A DNA stretch of 64,000 nucleotides from Botryllus schlosseri. Its lineage: Eukaryota. The position numbers and the translations under genes are program-made. Numbering within the stretch: the stretch's first letter is position 1; the number at the start of each line of letters is the position of its first letter. The DNA lies in NCBI GenBank assembly GCA_051294905.1, contig CM119371.1:34660001-34724000 (forward strand), read 5' to 3'. Shown in pieces: positions 1 to 13,282 of this stretch. The notes beneath the pieces are model-generated. The model searched no databases. It worked only from the letters and a program-made list of their open reading frames with translations, and had not been told where the DNA came from.

Positions 1-1023
1 TCTTTCTAATTAGGTATTGTATCCTGCAGCGCACAGAGCGTCGAAATCGAAAAGGCACTGTGCCACTTTTGAGAGTGCCGCCCTTTGTACATTAGGGTTG
101 TTCAAATATAACTTTTTTCCGGATTCCGGGGATTCGTTGATTAAATTGTTAGGTTGCCTGAAAACACTGCACGACAAATTTGGATCAATTCCAACAATTT
201 CATGGGGTTGACAATAAAATTTGAAATTTATTTTTACATTTTTATATAACAACGTCCAAATTTTAAAGATGCTTTGAAGCTTTTTGGCCAAAATGATTAC
301 CAAAATATGCAGGAGAGCTACAATATTTGAGAGCTACAAAATTAATCGTCAGAATATTTCTTCATCGTATCATAAAGGATGATACTGCTTAGAGTTGTGA
401 CCCACATTCATGTTCAAGTTAAGAGCTTGGTTCGTATAGCCCTTACCCGATGGTTATAACAACCTTGATTTGATCCCGAATACAGCTCATACAATTATTA
501 TATCATTAATTAGTCGATTGGTCCTCGGGAGCAACTCAAGCTGAAATGTTTCTCTAATAATGACGTCGCAATCCTAAACCGGACTTCGACCACTTGCCCC
601 ATTGTTTTTTACTAGAGTCATTAAAACAGGGGGGCAGACCCGGGCAATTTTTGAAAGGGGGCACCGGAGGAAAAAAGGTTAAGAACCACTGATCTATAGA
701 AAAAGCGCCGCAAATAGTTTGTTGGACGGTACCATATCACAATAGCAATAACCTACTGATGCAATAAATACTGCATGGATGTAATATTCCATGCAAATCA
801 CACCCCACAGAATAAGTCACAGTTCACACCCAGTGCATTGAGTTCATTTGCGAGCAATCGCATCGTTTCCGCGTCGGGGCAGCTTTTTACAAACGCCATG
901 AACCGTGTCCGTGGCTTGTATTAAATTGAGTGATCATTGTGGTTTCAACAGCCTTCATTCGCCCTGGTACAGTCGATTTCTGGATCTGACAAGCAGAGAG
1001 AATACTGATATACTCGTTTACAG

Positions 1024-4000
1024 GGTCTTTACTGTTTCCACCGACTACGACGGCAGCTCGAGCCTCGACCACAGTGGCTACTACTCCTACTATAGCGACC
1101 ACAGCAGCGCCTGAAACCACAGAGGTGAGAATACCTTCGGAATTGCTATTTTAGTAGTTGAAAACTTGCTGCAGAATCGTGCCCGTCAATATCCGACACG
1201 GCGTGAGTATACTCGTAGTGCGCCAGCACCTGATCTATAATTAGTTTCCAAGTACCAACCTGCAGTGGTAGGGAAGCAAGAAGCAACGCAGCTATCTGCC
1301 AACTGATAAGTCACTATTAAAGAATATTCGCAACAATCGCATTGCACGTGGACGAATCAAGTTGGCGCACGATGTAAACAATACAAGGTTGTTGCGAGCC
1401 TGCTACGTAGGCTACTATTATTGAATAGCTTCAAAGATGATGTTTTATTATTATTTGTTTACATCAATGGTTCTTAACCTATTTTTCTCCAGCGCCCCTT
1501 TTCAGAAATTTTCATGGTCTGGCACCCCCCCCCCCCATATTGCTGGTTGTACTAAATACGATGGGGTAGAAGTCAAAGGCCGATCGGTCTTGCCAGATTT
1601 GGACTTGTCTACATGTATTGGGAATAGTTCGCTCTTGAACCCAGCCCGATATCCCCCTAACTCTAACTAATTAGCGATCTGATAACTCGATTTCGTATTT
1701 TCCTGATCAAATCAAGGACAACTGTCGGGTACGGGCTCATATACCAATCGGATTCGAGCCCAATGTACCAACATCGATTTCACACCTGCGATTAGGGATA
1801 CGCCAAAGTTTTATTATTATTTTTTCTTCATTTCTTTTTGCGACAAATAAAGAAACCCCTGAAAATACTGCACCCGGCTTTCAAGTTTGACATGTATGTA
1901 CTCAAAACAATCTAACCTATAATATAAAACGTACAATCGTACATGTCACCTGTGAGGCTCTGAGTCACAAGACTGAGCAGAATCATTGTTTATGGTAAGA
2001 GAGAAAACACTCTGAGAATTATACTTTGTAGCTATCAAATATGAAGATATTCATTTTATCATTTAGGTCCGAAAGTCTCAAAGCACGTCTAGTCCAGTCT
2101 ACTGTCCAAATGGCTCTCATCTTCAACTGTGATTTATGGTCCCGGTCGCGGATATTATCACGCCGTGTGCTACAATACCTAGTTCGAAACATTTTGTTGC
2201 GAAATCCACTATGCCAGTGGTTCCTAACGTGGACGATAGCGCCCCAAGGGGGCGACTTGGCGGTCTAGGGGTGGCAAAAATAACGAAGGGGCGATAGGGG
2301 GCGAAAACGGACGAAGGGGGCGATATGGGGCGAAAACAACGAAGCGGGCGATAGGGGCAATGGTGCGTTAAGACGGCTATATTGGAGTCGGGACCGTAAC
2401 TAACGCACCCCAAACCCCCCAATTGGGGGTAGGGGGGGGGCGAAATCGAAGGATTATTTCGTGATTTAACATGAATGATTGAGTAATTTTGTAGAAATTC
2501 ATGCGACTTTTTCAAAAAGCACGATTTAATATTTTCATGTATCTTGATGTTGGGGTCCCCGTGACCCAACAGAAATACGCATGATTTATGGAAATGAGAG
2601 ACTTCGGCATCGGCCATTACTGCGCCACGACGCACCAAGACATATGAAGTTAGAGGCCATGTAACATGCGACTCCGAGAAGTGTGCCAGAACGATCAGCA
2701 GCGAGAAGACCTTGGTCAAAAAGGAATGCCATTGTGCTGACCGAAAACTTCGATATATATACAATACATATATGTTTAATTGTCCATAGGTGCCTCAATG
2801 GCTGGCGTCGAATGTTCCTGTCCTGGCGACCTTAACCCTTCAGGACAAATGCCATCCCGCAATGAAAAAATTATTTGCCAGTAAAGAAAAACCAATATGA
2901 AATCATGTGCGTCTTTTAGTTTGGTACGTTTTGACGATTTCCATGTCTTCTGATATAGCAGATATAGGAGGTCACGAAATAGCATCATTTAAAGAAGTCA
3001 ATATAACAACGATTCCGCCCGAATATGTTTTATTATTATTTAGGGGTCCTACCTTTCCCAACATAACACATCGATCATATTGACCGATTCAAACATGAAA
3101 TATATAAATTTGTCGCGCTTCGCGCGTTTAGGCGGAATACGGTGACTCACCAAACAGTACATGAAATAGGGTATAGCTGATATGTAGCGACAAAAAGACC
3201 ACTGGCTGAGGGGGGTGTGGGGTTTGTTTCATCACCCCATGGGGCTAAAGAATACCGTTTTTTTTTCGAGGGGGGGGTTGACGAAGTGCTGTTTTTCGGT
3301 TCCCAATATTTGGAGGGCGATGATCGGTTTGGAGCTTCAAAAGGGGGCGATGAGTCGAAAAGGTTGAGAACCACGGCACTATGCTAAGGGTGACTTTGCA
3401 ATCTAAAAGTACGCACATAAAGTATTAACCCCGCATTTTACATGAATTATGATAACCCCGGCATTTATGGAAACATATTGCATAGATCTTTGGTAGATTT
3501 CGTGAGAAAAATATTGCAGGTTTGCAGAAGTTTGTCAAAAGTAATTTTAAAACGTGCACGCAGGGATATATAGAACCCTAACGTAATTTTTCTTCGGCGG
3601 CCCTTAGCGTACCAGTGCCCCCACATCGCCCCCTGAGTGCTTCCACCCATATTGAAATGGTAATCGCCCCTAGGGAGCGCTGCTAACAGTGGTAAGAAGC
3701 ACTGGTTGACATCGTTCGTTGCCGTGACTACTGCATGTCAAGCGTCAGAAATAATGCATTTCTGTACCAATATTGAACTAGCTGAATTTGTTTTTGCAGG
3801 ACCCACTCGCCGATTGGACTATGGTCGGGTCTTGCAGGTATTTTTTTTCGACCGAAATGGCGACGTGGGTTGACGCAGACGCCGCGTGCCAAGCTTTCAC
3901 AAACGGAGCACGTCTGGCCGTGACCGGTTTCAACAAGGCCGAGACAGAGAGAAGGTTAATTTTTGAAGCTATTTTTAGTTGAATCTTCTAGTGCAGGGGT

Positions 4001-6319
4001 TCTCAACCTGGGGGGCGCGGAAGGCTCTCAGGGGGGCGCGAGAAATTGACGAAGTCAGTATAGGGGGGGGGCGCGAGAAATTGACAAAGTCAGTATAAAT
4101 ATTACGTGTCTGAACATGTGTTTTACATCCATTCTGAGAAAACGATTAATGAAGATGAAATTTATTACATATTCAAGAAAGCTTGCAAAATACAAACTCT
4201 AGCAACCGCGCTCAACGGAGTATAGTCTGATTTCAACTTGATTTGAGCAAATTTTTGGAATTCTTTGGAGATATAGAGAGCAATTCCCACGTGTAAGTCA
4301 TTGCTTCATAGCTTTGACAGTAGCCTAAAGCTTGGCGCGCTGGGCAGATGTTGATAGTAGCTTGCGAACTGCACTGCCTAAGACAGACTTAGATGCAACA
4401 TAGGTTGCCCGGTTTCGCCCTCATTAGGCTATAAATCAACACAATTTAATTAATTTCCCAAACTGATCAAATTTAGCCTGGCAGGACAGAACGACGACTT
4501 GCTCTCTGTACTCACGACCAGCATCAGGATTAGTCTCAGGGTGACCTACCTTGAAATTAATTAACGGATGTCTTGTTCAATGTTTTTTATTATTTTCAAC
4601 CAAGTTTGGAGAAATTTGTCATGTAAAAGACTCAACAACTGGAATGCAGATTCAAAATTGGCCTAAGATATACCTTATGTATACTATTAGATCAGGGGTG
4701 GGCAGCCTGCGGCCGTAGAAGGGAATTTGAGCGGCGGTCGACGCCTAATTCAATTAGTATGTGTTGGCGGCCGTAGACATACAAATTGCAATTACGAATT
4801 CACTCCCGCATTTTCGGGAGATTTTAATTAATCTTGAAATTTTCTTCGCCCTCAACAAGACTTCAATTCAACAAGACTTCATTTTTCGATTTTAATGCAG
4901 TAGCGCCCTTCTTAGTCTGAGCCGGAATGGGAATTGGCAAGAAATAACAATTCGTTCGCGGCCCTGAAAAATTTTCGCGCTCCGCGCGACAATATGCACC
5001 TCCCGGCAACTATTCATAACATCGCCACTCACGATTTCGGTGCGTACAATAGGCCATTGTGAAAAGTAGAATAGTCCGGAGTTCACCGGGAATGGATATG
5101 AACAGTTTACCATAGGAATTTTGCGTCCAGATCGTTCATTGCGGCTATGCCCTGGAATGCGGCCTTACGCTACATAAGCAATCGAAATGCGGCCATGATT
5201 ATCAAAAACGTTGCCCACCTTTGTATTAGATGATGTGCTGTTTTTGACATGACGATAAATGCAAGGGGGGTCAGGGGCGCGCGATTTTTTTGACCATCTC
5301 TAAGGGGGGCGCGAGTCAAAAAAGGTTGAGAACCACTGTTCTAGTGCATGGGGTTCTTGAAATTTTCAGCGCCGACCGCTAAATTTCTGTGTTGTTTGCG
5401 CGGTCCCCATATTGCCTGAATCTGCGACGATTATGTATAGAAAATCAATGTCCTTCGCCCAGTTTTAATCACATCTAGTTGATTATTCGATGCCAACAAA
5501 ACTCATAGTAGACATATGCAATGGTCATTACCTGCACTCAGTCCTTATCATGTCCACGTTACCGGGAAAATACATAATAAAATATGGACATGTATTATAA
5601 TTCCGTTTAATGTATTTTCTTGCTGTAGTTTCAACATTACCCTCTCATGGACCCCTTCAATCTAGACCAGTGGCTCCCAACCTTTTTCGACTCATCACCC
5701 CTTACCAAATTCTCCCTTAACCTCGACTCTTTCCGTTGAGTTGACCTTCTTTTCACGACATATGCAGAATAAGCAGTATTCGCGTGCATTTCTCGCCGTA
5801 TTAATAAAATATATATCACTGGACGTTCTAAGACTTTCGCCCCCTATCGCTTCCTAGTCGCCCCCTTTGTTCTCAAACCGCCCACGTTGCAAACCACTAT
5901 ACTAGACCGTGAATTCCCAAGGCAATCATGGAACCATGTTTAAGAACTTCTGTTATGGTGGCTTCAAAAGATATCTTATCACCCTTATTTCTGAACATGG
6001 TTTTGGGACCGACAGCGAATTACTCACAGAGATTGAAGCCGGATCCCTGACTTTCTGGCTCGGAGCGAAAGGTGTGGCAGTAACGGGAGGTGCGGGAGCC
6101 GTCATGTCCACCGCTCGTTGGAGCGCGCCGTTTGAGACCGTTAACCCGTCATCATCACCTTCTTCGTTCGCTCTGACGCAAACCGACAACACCGCCAGAC
6201 CAGATCCCCCAGCATACAACCTTTGCGGGCGCACGAATCCCGATAGTACCACCAGCCTGCTATTCGAAGACTGCGCCGTTGCGTCGTACCGTTACGTATG
6301 CGAATACTGCGAAGCTTAA
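1024..6319 (+). CDS. C-type lectin domain protein with Thr-rich mucin-like stalk; 5'-partial; exons 1024-1124, 3800-3954, 6016-6319
   Basis: GT-AG exons with compatible phases give SLLFPPTTTAARASTTVATTPTIATTAAPETTE|DPLADWTMVGSCRYFFSTEMATWVDADAACQ...ARLAV...ERS|ELL...FWLGA...NLCG...FEDCAVASYRYVCEYCEA*. CTLD hallmarks are present (CRYFF, TW.DA...C, WLG, terminal C...YVCE). Start codon not found. Confidence 0.8.
1465..3704. mobile_element. hAT (Charlie-like) MITE, outer element of a nested pair in a lectin intron
   Basis: Ends CAATGGTTCTTAACC / GGTAAGAAGCACTG; 8-bp TSD GTTTACAT (1457-1464) / GTTGACAT (3705-3712), one mismatch. Confidence 0.65.
2215..3376. mobile_element. hAT (Charlie-like) non-autonomous element ~1.16 kb, copy 1
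   Basis: TIRs CAGTGGTTCCTAAC / GTTGAGAACCACGG; perfect TSD CACTATGC (2207-2214, 3377-3384); highly similar inverted copy at 14496-15627. Confidence 0.9.
3994..5338. mobile_element. hAT MITE, outer element of a nested pair
   Basis: TIRs CAGGGGTTCTCAACC / GGTTGAGAACCACTG; perfect TSD TTCTAGTG (3986-3993, 5339-5346). Confidence 0.9.
4693..5223. mobile_element. hAT MITE nested in 3994-5338
   Basis: TIRs CAGGGGTGGGCAGC / GTTGCCCACCTTTG; perfect TSD TATTAGAT (4685-4692, 5224-5231). Confidence 0.85.
5668..5899. mobile_element. Short hAT MITE sharing termini with the 1.16-kb family
   Basis: CAGTGGCTCCCAACCTTTTTCGACTCATC ... CCCACGTTGCAAACCACTA; degenerate TSD ATCTAGAC / TACTAGAC. Confidence 0.7.
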
Positions 6320-7011
6320 CCTCACCCCCATATCCGTGTGTTGTCGAAACAATTAACTGTCAGCAGTTCAAGTTATATATATAATCCCACCCATACAGAC
6401 CATCTTCGGAATACATCATTAAACAGTCGCCGAGCGTGTTCAGATTCAAGTCAAAATTCATACAAATTCAGCTGAGTAAATAGCCTACCAGTCCGCGTTC
6501 GAGATTATCGGACACAATCTGACTTATCGAATTCGCTTATATTTACAAATGGCCTTTCATTTCCGTCGCGTGTCCTTATTTGTTGTCTCCTGTTACTTAT
6601 TTTCATTCAGTGTGCAATGGTGCATGCCTGTTATTCACATGTTTTAGGCTCATGTATGTGTCTGATTGAATTACTACTACTATAGTCGTTTTGTCTAGGC
6701 CTACTTGCTATCTTTTCATAATTTAGTGATAGTGAGAATATTGATAAAACAGGAAGGAATCTGATGCTATTTTTGACTAACTCGATGACAAGCCTTTACG
6801 ACATGACATGGAGGTCGAAAGTCGAAAATGTGACTCGCGGGTGAAAAGTGGCCCACAAGAGTCCTGAAATCTTGATGGTCGAAAAATCTATCGATCAAAA
6901 ACGATGTTTGCGTTGAGGTTTACACCAATCCTACGAGAGAAACGTATTCAAAATTCATCCGGAAGGCCGCCCTTCCATTTTCCGTACATTGAAATTGTGC
7001 TAAAATTGGTT

Positions 7012-7812
7012 CAGTGTTGGGATGACTCGAGTCACATTTTTCGTATGACCTGACTTGACTCGAGTCACTTTGCTAAAATGACTTGACTTGACTTGACTCG
7101 GCGTATTCGAAATGTGGATTGACTCGTGACTCGGGAGCAAAATTCACGAGTCAATTTCAAGTCATCAATTAATCGGTGTCGATAAAAATATGTATCTTGC
7201 ATATGTTCGGATTGTTCGTGAAACGCTGGTGTAACCCATGAGAGTGACCAATTATTCCATGATCGTGCATTTTACTGAGCCTCCATTGTTCTATCACAAA
7301 TAAATTGACCGTAAACGAAGTGATCGAATCTTACATCCTACTTAAAGTCATTGAATAGTAAAGTGTCTATTTCCGTTCTCACCTTCACCAAATCTCTTGT
7401 TTTATTGAAATTGAATTCGAATATATGGTTCTGAACCATTGGCGCAGGCTTGAATTGTATCATATCAATTTCTAAATGGGTAATGTATTGCATCATATCA
7501 ATTCGTTTCTCTATTCTCTATTTTGGCTGGTAACTATAAACTGAGGCTATGCAATTACGTACGTAGTTTAACAGTTCTACGTATATGTGAGCGATACAGC
7601 GCCTTCTTGCGTGTATATTGACGTAACGTAATCATGAGCCATACTTTGAAAAGGCAACTTGACTTGAATTGTGACTTGACTCGTGACTGGACTTGACTCG
7701 ACTTGACTCGAGTAGCCTCCAAAATTCGACTGACTTGACTTGACTCGAGTCAAAATGTTCAATGACTCGAAATTACTCGTGACTCGAAGGTAGTGACTTG
7801 ATCCCAACACTG
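7012..7812. mobile_element. MITE with CAGTGTTGGGAT TIRs and subterminal GACTCGAGTC/TGACT repeats
   Basis: TIR CAGTGTTGGGAT...ATCCCAACACTG; homologous copies at ~28716-29543, ~42281-43225 and ~51137-51960. Confidence 0.85.
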
Positions 7813-8579
7813 TTGCTTATTGGCGCAACATTGTTTTACTGATGCAATTATGACCTTCAACCTCAACTTCAACCTTCAAATCGCTCGCGTGCCTGGTCAG
7901 TCGATGTTTCCATCATATCTCACGCCCTCGCTTTTCACTTGAATACTTTATTACTGGGGCAAGTTTTTGCAACTTTTGCAACTTTTTTTACACCTTCCGG
8001 CAGCTTGCTAAATACTCGTAAGATATGTAGAATGCTGTTTTAAGCTGTTTGAAGGAATCTTTTAGTACAACTTTTTGCAACTTTTGTCTTTTGTTTTCAT
8101 ACAAATTTTTGCAACGAAGTACTTTCGCCGAAAAGTTGACCTTTTTTTAGTCAATCAATAGATAATGCGGATGGAAATCAGTATATCGGAAGTGAAATTG
8201 GGAATTTGACCCTTTTTTCAGTCAACCGAGCAAAAGGTGATTAGTGAGGGTGTCTAGGTTATAGACACACCCTGAGGCTATTTACGTTCATCGCTCACCG
8301 CTAGACTATCGCCGTGTGTATTTATGTTCATTGCTCGCTGCTAGACAATCGTCATGTGTATTTAGGGATTCGAACTAACTTTGACTGGGTATAATAACAC
8401 GACGAACACCAATAGGTTATCGCGCAGATTTAGTATACTCATATTTGAGAATATAAACTCTCACATAATACATTTAACGTCGGACTATGCGCGACTAGAC
8501 TATCTCCATGTGTATTTAGCACTATGTATTCATAATACCTTGCTTTCGAGAAATAAGTAACATTCATTATACGTTAGAT

Positions 8580-9881
8580 CAGGGGTTCTCAACCCGCGGC
8601 CTGCAGACGTTTACTTTGCGGCCCGCGACATCTTTCATCGTGAACGCAATTATTACTGACACGGTATTGTTACATATTAATTTAGCTGCTTAGCTCTCTT
8701 ATCTCTCTTTCGTTTAATTAATCATTTTTGATGTGTTCTGGTTTCTTGATGTATGCCCGAGTTTAGATTGTTATTGTTTTGAATCCGTATTCGGTTGGAC
8801 TCTGGTTCACGACAATCCCGCTACGTAGTACATTTTTAAAGAGTGTTTTACTCACCGCAAATGGTTTGAACAGAAACAAGAGCACGGAATGGGCAATTAA
8901 ACGGCACAAACTGGGTTTGTAACTCTGCGTGGAACAATGAATTTGCTTTCTCAAATATAAATGGAAGACCGTTGTATCATACTTGTCGAAGAACCGTTTT
9001 CGTATGTCATAACGTCTGGAGTTATTCAGATCGCCTGATCTTATAAATAACGTTGCTAGCTAGGTGTCAAGCCCAGTAATACATATTTCAAGGCATTTAA
9101 AATTGCCGACGACGTTGCAGACAAATCGTTCAAAATTGCTGGGAATATCGCTAAACCCGAGAAATTTGCTAGAGAAAGTGTGATTTCAATAAAACTCTGC
9201 GAGTATTTGATGTTTCCGGAACTTAGCAGCAATTACAACAGCACCTGACATATGCCGAAGCTACAGTTGTCTGATTCAACCATGACCAAAAGAGTTACAG
9301 CAATGTCAGTCGATCTTTTATCGCATGTTCTGAAGCACGTAGTCACGTAGACTACTTCATCCTAGCATTGGATGAATTCACCGACTCCACAGACTTTGCA
9401 TAGCTAATTATCCTGGTGCATTTTGTTAGAGTGGACATATTTGCAAGGAAAATGCAGGCTGGGCCAACGTGGGAGGGGGACCAGCGAAAAACATCAACTT
9501 GACAAAGCTAACTAATTTAACTAATGGTGCAGGGCCCCCGCCATGGAATGAAAGGAGAAGGGTTGATCGGTTTGCTCAGAAATGACCCCGAACGCCAGAA
9601 TTCTTCTCATATAACTGAGAGCTCAATGTGATAATGGCTTCTGTAACGCAAAAGTTACCGTAATTTTATACTTGCTCTCTTCCGGTTTGAAGCGTAGAGT
9701 TCGGTTCTCTGTTGAAAGGGTCTAAAGGGGAATATACCGGCCTGTATACGACTGGTAAATAGGCTACAGTAGCCTAAATTTAATAGTAGCCCACAATTAC
9801 ATGGTAATAATGTTTTGCGACCCGCAGCGTCTTTTGCTGTTAAAATGCGGCCCGCGATACAAGGGAAGTTGAGAGCCCCTG
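8580..9881 (+). mobile_element. Decayed, internally deleted hAT transposon (Buster/Charlie/SPIN, GTF2IRD2-like) with transposase remnants
   Basis: TIRs CAGGGGTTCTCAAC / GTTGAGAGCCCCTG; TSD CGTTAGAT / CGTAAGAT; broken + strand peptides NSAWNNEFAFSNINGRPL..TC, QLSDSTMTKRVTAMSVDL, YFILALDEFTDSTDFA*LIILVHFV and TNGA.PAM match Buster-type motifs (LDESTD, TDGAPAM). Confidence 0.85.
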
Positions 9882-11087
9882 CGTAAGATGATACTTTGCT
9901 TTCGAGAGAAAAATAACATCCAGGTTATACATAAATTTGCAAAACTATGATGTCTATGCAAGACTATGTTCGCCAGATATTCTATTATGTGTATTTAGGA
10001 CTATGTATTTTCGCGGATAATATGAGCTCTCAGATATCACTCATCAACGTTGAACTATGCGCGGTTTTATGCGGACATATTAAAATTCGGTGCTGCTATA
10101 CCCATACAAGATGTCTGAGGTCCATTTTCACTCTCCAAAATATTGCTATACGGGCCCTAAGTGATGTCGGCTTCCGTCGGTGACTCCTGCCAGAATACAA
10201 AAATTTACCATCGTGATAGTGACAGACGTCATAAAATACGAAACTGCAAAAATGATGCACAATCTTTCATCATAATATATAGACCACTATTTGGCCAACA
10301 TTTCACTATATTTTTACCTCGGTACATTCACACCTCACTCGTTCTGCCTCGCCAAATGGATTATCACTTCCGCTTGTATCTAAATCGTCCTCCCAGAAAA
10401 GTTTATATTATAGGCATACCTATTGATGCCGTTACCTGAAACTCTCTACCAGTAGATTTAAGAAATTTGCCGACCCTCTTAAAAGCGTTATCGTTGCGGC
10501 TTGCGCTGCGACATTAACTATCATCGGACTTTAGCTAGGTAGTTGAGTAATTTGGAAGCGATGGATCAAGCAATCTCTCTGCTAAAACTGAAGAAAAGTT
10601 CATGGATTTTCGAAATTCCTAGTTTTTTAAATCGCTATTCACAAAAAACGGACGATGGATCGGTACAAAAGCAATTAATTATATTGCTCTTTTCAGATTC
10701 ATTGCTATGTATGTGGCTACTATGTTGCTACTAAAATTAAAAGCAGTAAAGCGACATCGATGGATTGAAACTAACTACCAAATACGGAGTTGATTGTCAA
10801 CAATGTAATCTCGCTTCAGTCGCTATTTTCGAATGAATGAAAACATCCATCTCATTTATCGTGTAAATATCGTGTAAATATCCCTTTGTGGACTGAATAT
10901 ATTCTCTATGGTTGGAAAAATTATTTCTATGCGTAACTTTAATTGTTTTACCTCAACTTAAACATTGGTCAACAAAATTTAAATTTTTCTTTTATTATTT
11001 ATTATTTTAAATGTTTGTCGCAAATTTGCGACATCAGGCTTTCGCGACAAAAATCGAAACAAAACACGTCCATTCTGACAATTGAAA

Positions 11088-12680
11088 TTACTGGTCAAAG
11101 TTAGCAAAACAGTTATAGTTTTTGTTCAGGCACAGCTGTACATGACATTTGACACATTTTATAGCAGGTTGTTCTTCATAGGTATGTCTCTTGCATATCT
11201 GCCTGGTGTCCATAGAAGGGGTGTGACCCACTTGGTCACGTTGGGGTGGGCTTTGTTGGTCCTCTTTTCCATTTTTTTATCATACTCCTGCTGGATACAG
11301 AGAGATGTCCTCCGTCTTTTTCCCCTGTCACTAATTTTCCATACTTTACCAGGTATTCTGCATATAATTTGGAGCAAGCAGACATTTTTGCCTCTGTTTC
11401 GGAAGTTGCACAAAAACGCAGTCCCGTCTGTACAGCAATCAACTATTGGCGACAGCAAGATCAACCAAATGACGTACAATCACATGTATAGTATGTTTTT
11501 GAGCGGATACATGTTCTGTAATAATCCAAATAGGCATCCAGAAGATCAACCTTCCCCATAAATGAATTGTACTGTTCGGCAATAAATGGATAGTCGACCT
11601 GTGAGCGTTACTTCGTTTCCGGTCCCATCTTTCAATTTTACTAACAAGATTTGCTTTGACAAAGGTACTGGCCAGTATAACACTGCGATTGTCATACCAC
11701 TTTACTGCCCAAATACTAACGCCGTCCAGAGAAACCTCCTTTACTTCAAATCTCACTCTCCTTGTCCTGGAGTCTGTGCCATTACTGGATTGACAGCCAC
11801 ACAGTTTGTTTGATCGCACAGTTCCTACTGCAAAAAATCACATGTGAGATAAACTATGAGCAAGAAAGATTTGATCTGCTTCCATCGATCTCGGGACATG
11901 ATATCCGAAACTTTATCATATCTAGTATCATTGGCCCATTACATATAGGATCTTGGCATTTTCACGATAGACATATGCATGCGACATCCTAAGTCTTTTT
12001 CAATATCATCTCCAGTCATCTGTATTGCCTTCGTTGGATTAGTTTGAACGGCAAATAAATTGCTCTCATAAACAATCCAGTCCAGCAATTCCGCTCCAAC
12101 AAAATATTCGAAATATGTGTGCGGAGAAGACATAGAGTACAGTCACTGTCTGTATGGTTATGGCTCATACCGTCACGCATGACTTTAGTTCATGCTGACA
12201 AAGACTTTTGTGTCAACTCACTGGAGTTGAAGGTAGTGACAAGTGCAAGTTTCGGTTGAGTCTTTCGTTGCTTTATTTACAGCTTAATCATTTATTGGAG
12301 TATAAAACTCAGTAATAAATGCATAATTGTACACTGTCGAGCAATTCTGCCTTCCATATAGGAAAATAGTAGCTAGGGATCTTTCCACCTTGAATTGTTT
12401 TCCATATAGGTTTTCGTTTTGGTTCATGCGGTGTACATGCAGTTGACCCGGTGTTTTCCCTTTCTCTACTTTTGAAAACACGATTGAGGAATCTTCATCA
12501 GATTCGTCGGGAGAAGAGGATTCATCCGAACTCATTTACCACATAGCAGCAGAAGTTGCTGCAGTAGAACGTTCTTCATCGTCAGAATCACTGCCACCAT
12601 CTTTAGCCTACTGCCTTTCCAGTTTACCATCACTTGATGAGTGATTTTTTCCCCATAACAACATCTGGTATCCATTTTTG
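11088..12680 (-). pseudogene. piggyBac (PGBD-like, DDE_Tnp_1_7) transposase relic, frameshifted, with internal deletion
   Basis: Acidic N-terminus (SSDESSSPDESDED); SPHTYFEYFVGAELLDWIVYESNLFAVQ; IMSRDRWKQIKSFL; AVGTVRSNK; AVKWYDNRSVILAST; YNSFMGKVDLLD; C-terminal Cys-rich KCVKCHVQLCLNKNYNCF; several frameshifts; 5' boundary approximate. Confidence 0.85.
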
Positions 12681-13282
12681 CAACAGTAATTTCTGATTGA
12701 AATTATTGAGAATATTTGTTACCTTTTTAGCACTATTCTAGAAGTTAGTTTACATATTCGTTGTCATTATGTGATGTATCAAGGCACTTTCTTGACTCGT
12801 GAAGTTGGTGAATCTATTACCCTCTTTTCTCACGTAAATACCCATTCCATATGGAAATATTTCAGTAGTAGGAATGTTGTCAGAATTTACCAACAAAGGG
12901 CTAATGATGCAAATTCGCATCACTCCCCATTTTCAACTTTGCCGAGAAGAATTACACGTTATTGATCCAAAACACTTCTGGCTATGTGATTTATGGTATA
13001 AAGAATCCTATACATATTTTTCTGAACGAATATACTCACCAAATCATTCGACCGCGGAGCAAGAAAGGACGTGGGTCCACTGACTTCACTCAGACATGCC
13101 AATGCAATAACCAACGTCCGGGACACCCACCCTTCACTCCAAACACTCTATTTTAAAAGGCGCCAAAGGGAAGTTCGGAATGTGTACTTTCTGCGACGGC
13201 CGTCGTGGCCGTGTAAGTATGCGTGAAGTCAGTACAAAACGATGTAATTCGGTAAGTACCGAATTTGTTACGCTCGTCCACA

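Noticed and set aside
2067..2132. Extra lectin exon after TTTAG at 2066
   Set aside because: In-frame stop, no suitable donor, and inside a MITE; the flanking exons already join in phase
2123..2764. 213-aa ORF and its counterparts at 15073-15751
   Set aside because: Lie within two copies of a non-autonomous MITE; frames are not conserved between copies; no recognisable domain
7012..7812. CRISPR-like or restriction-site array of GACTCGAGTC palindromes
   Set aside because: Irregular spacing, no unique spacers, eukaryotic context; these are subterminal repeats of TIR elements
11082..11561. 159-aa hydrophobic + strand ORF
   Set aside because: Antisense to the piggyBac relic; non-ATG start; no domain
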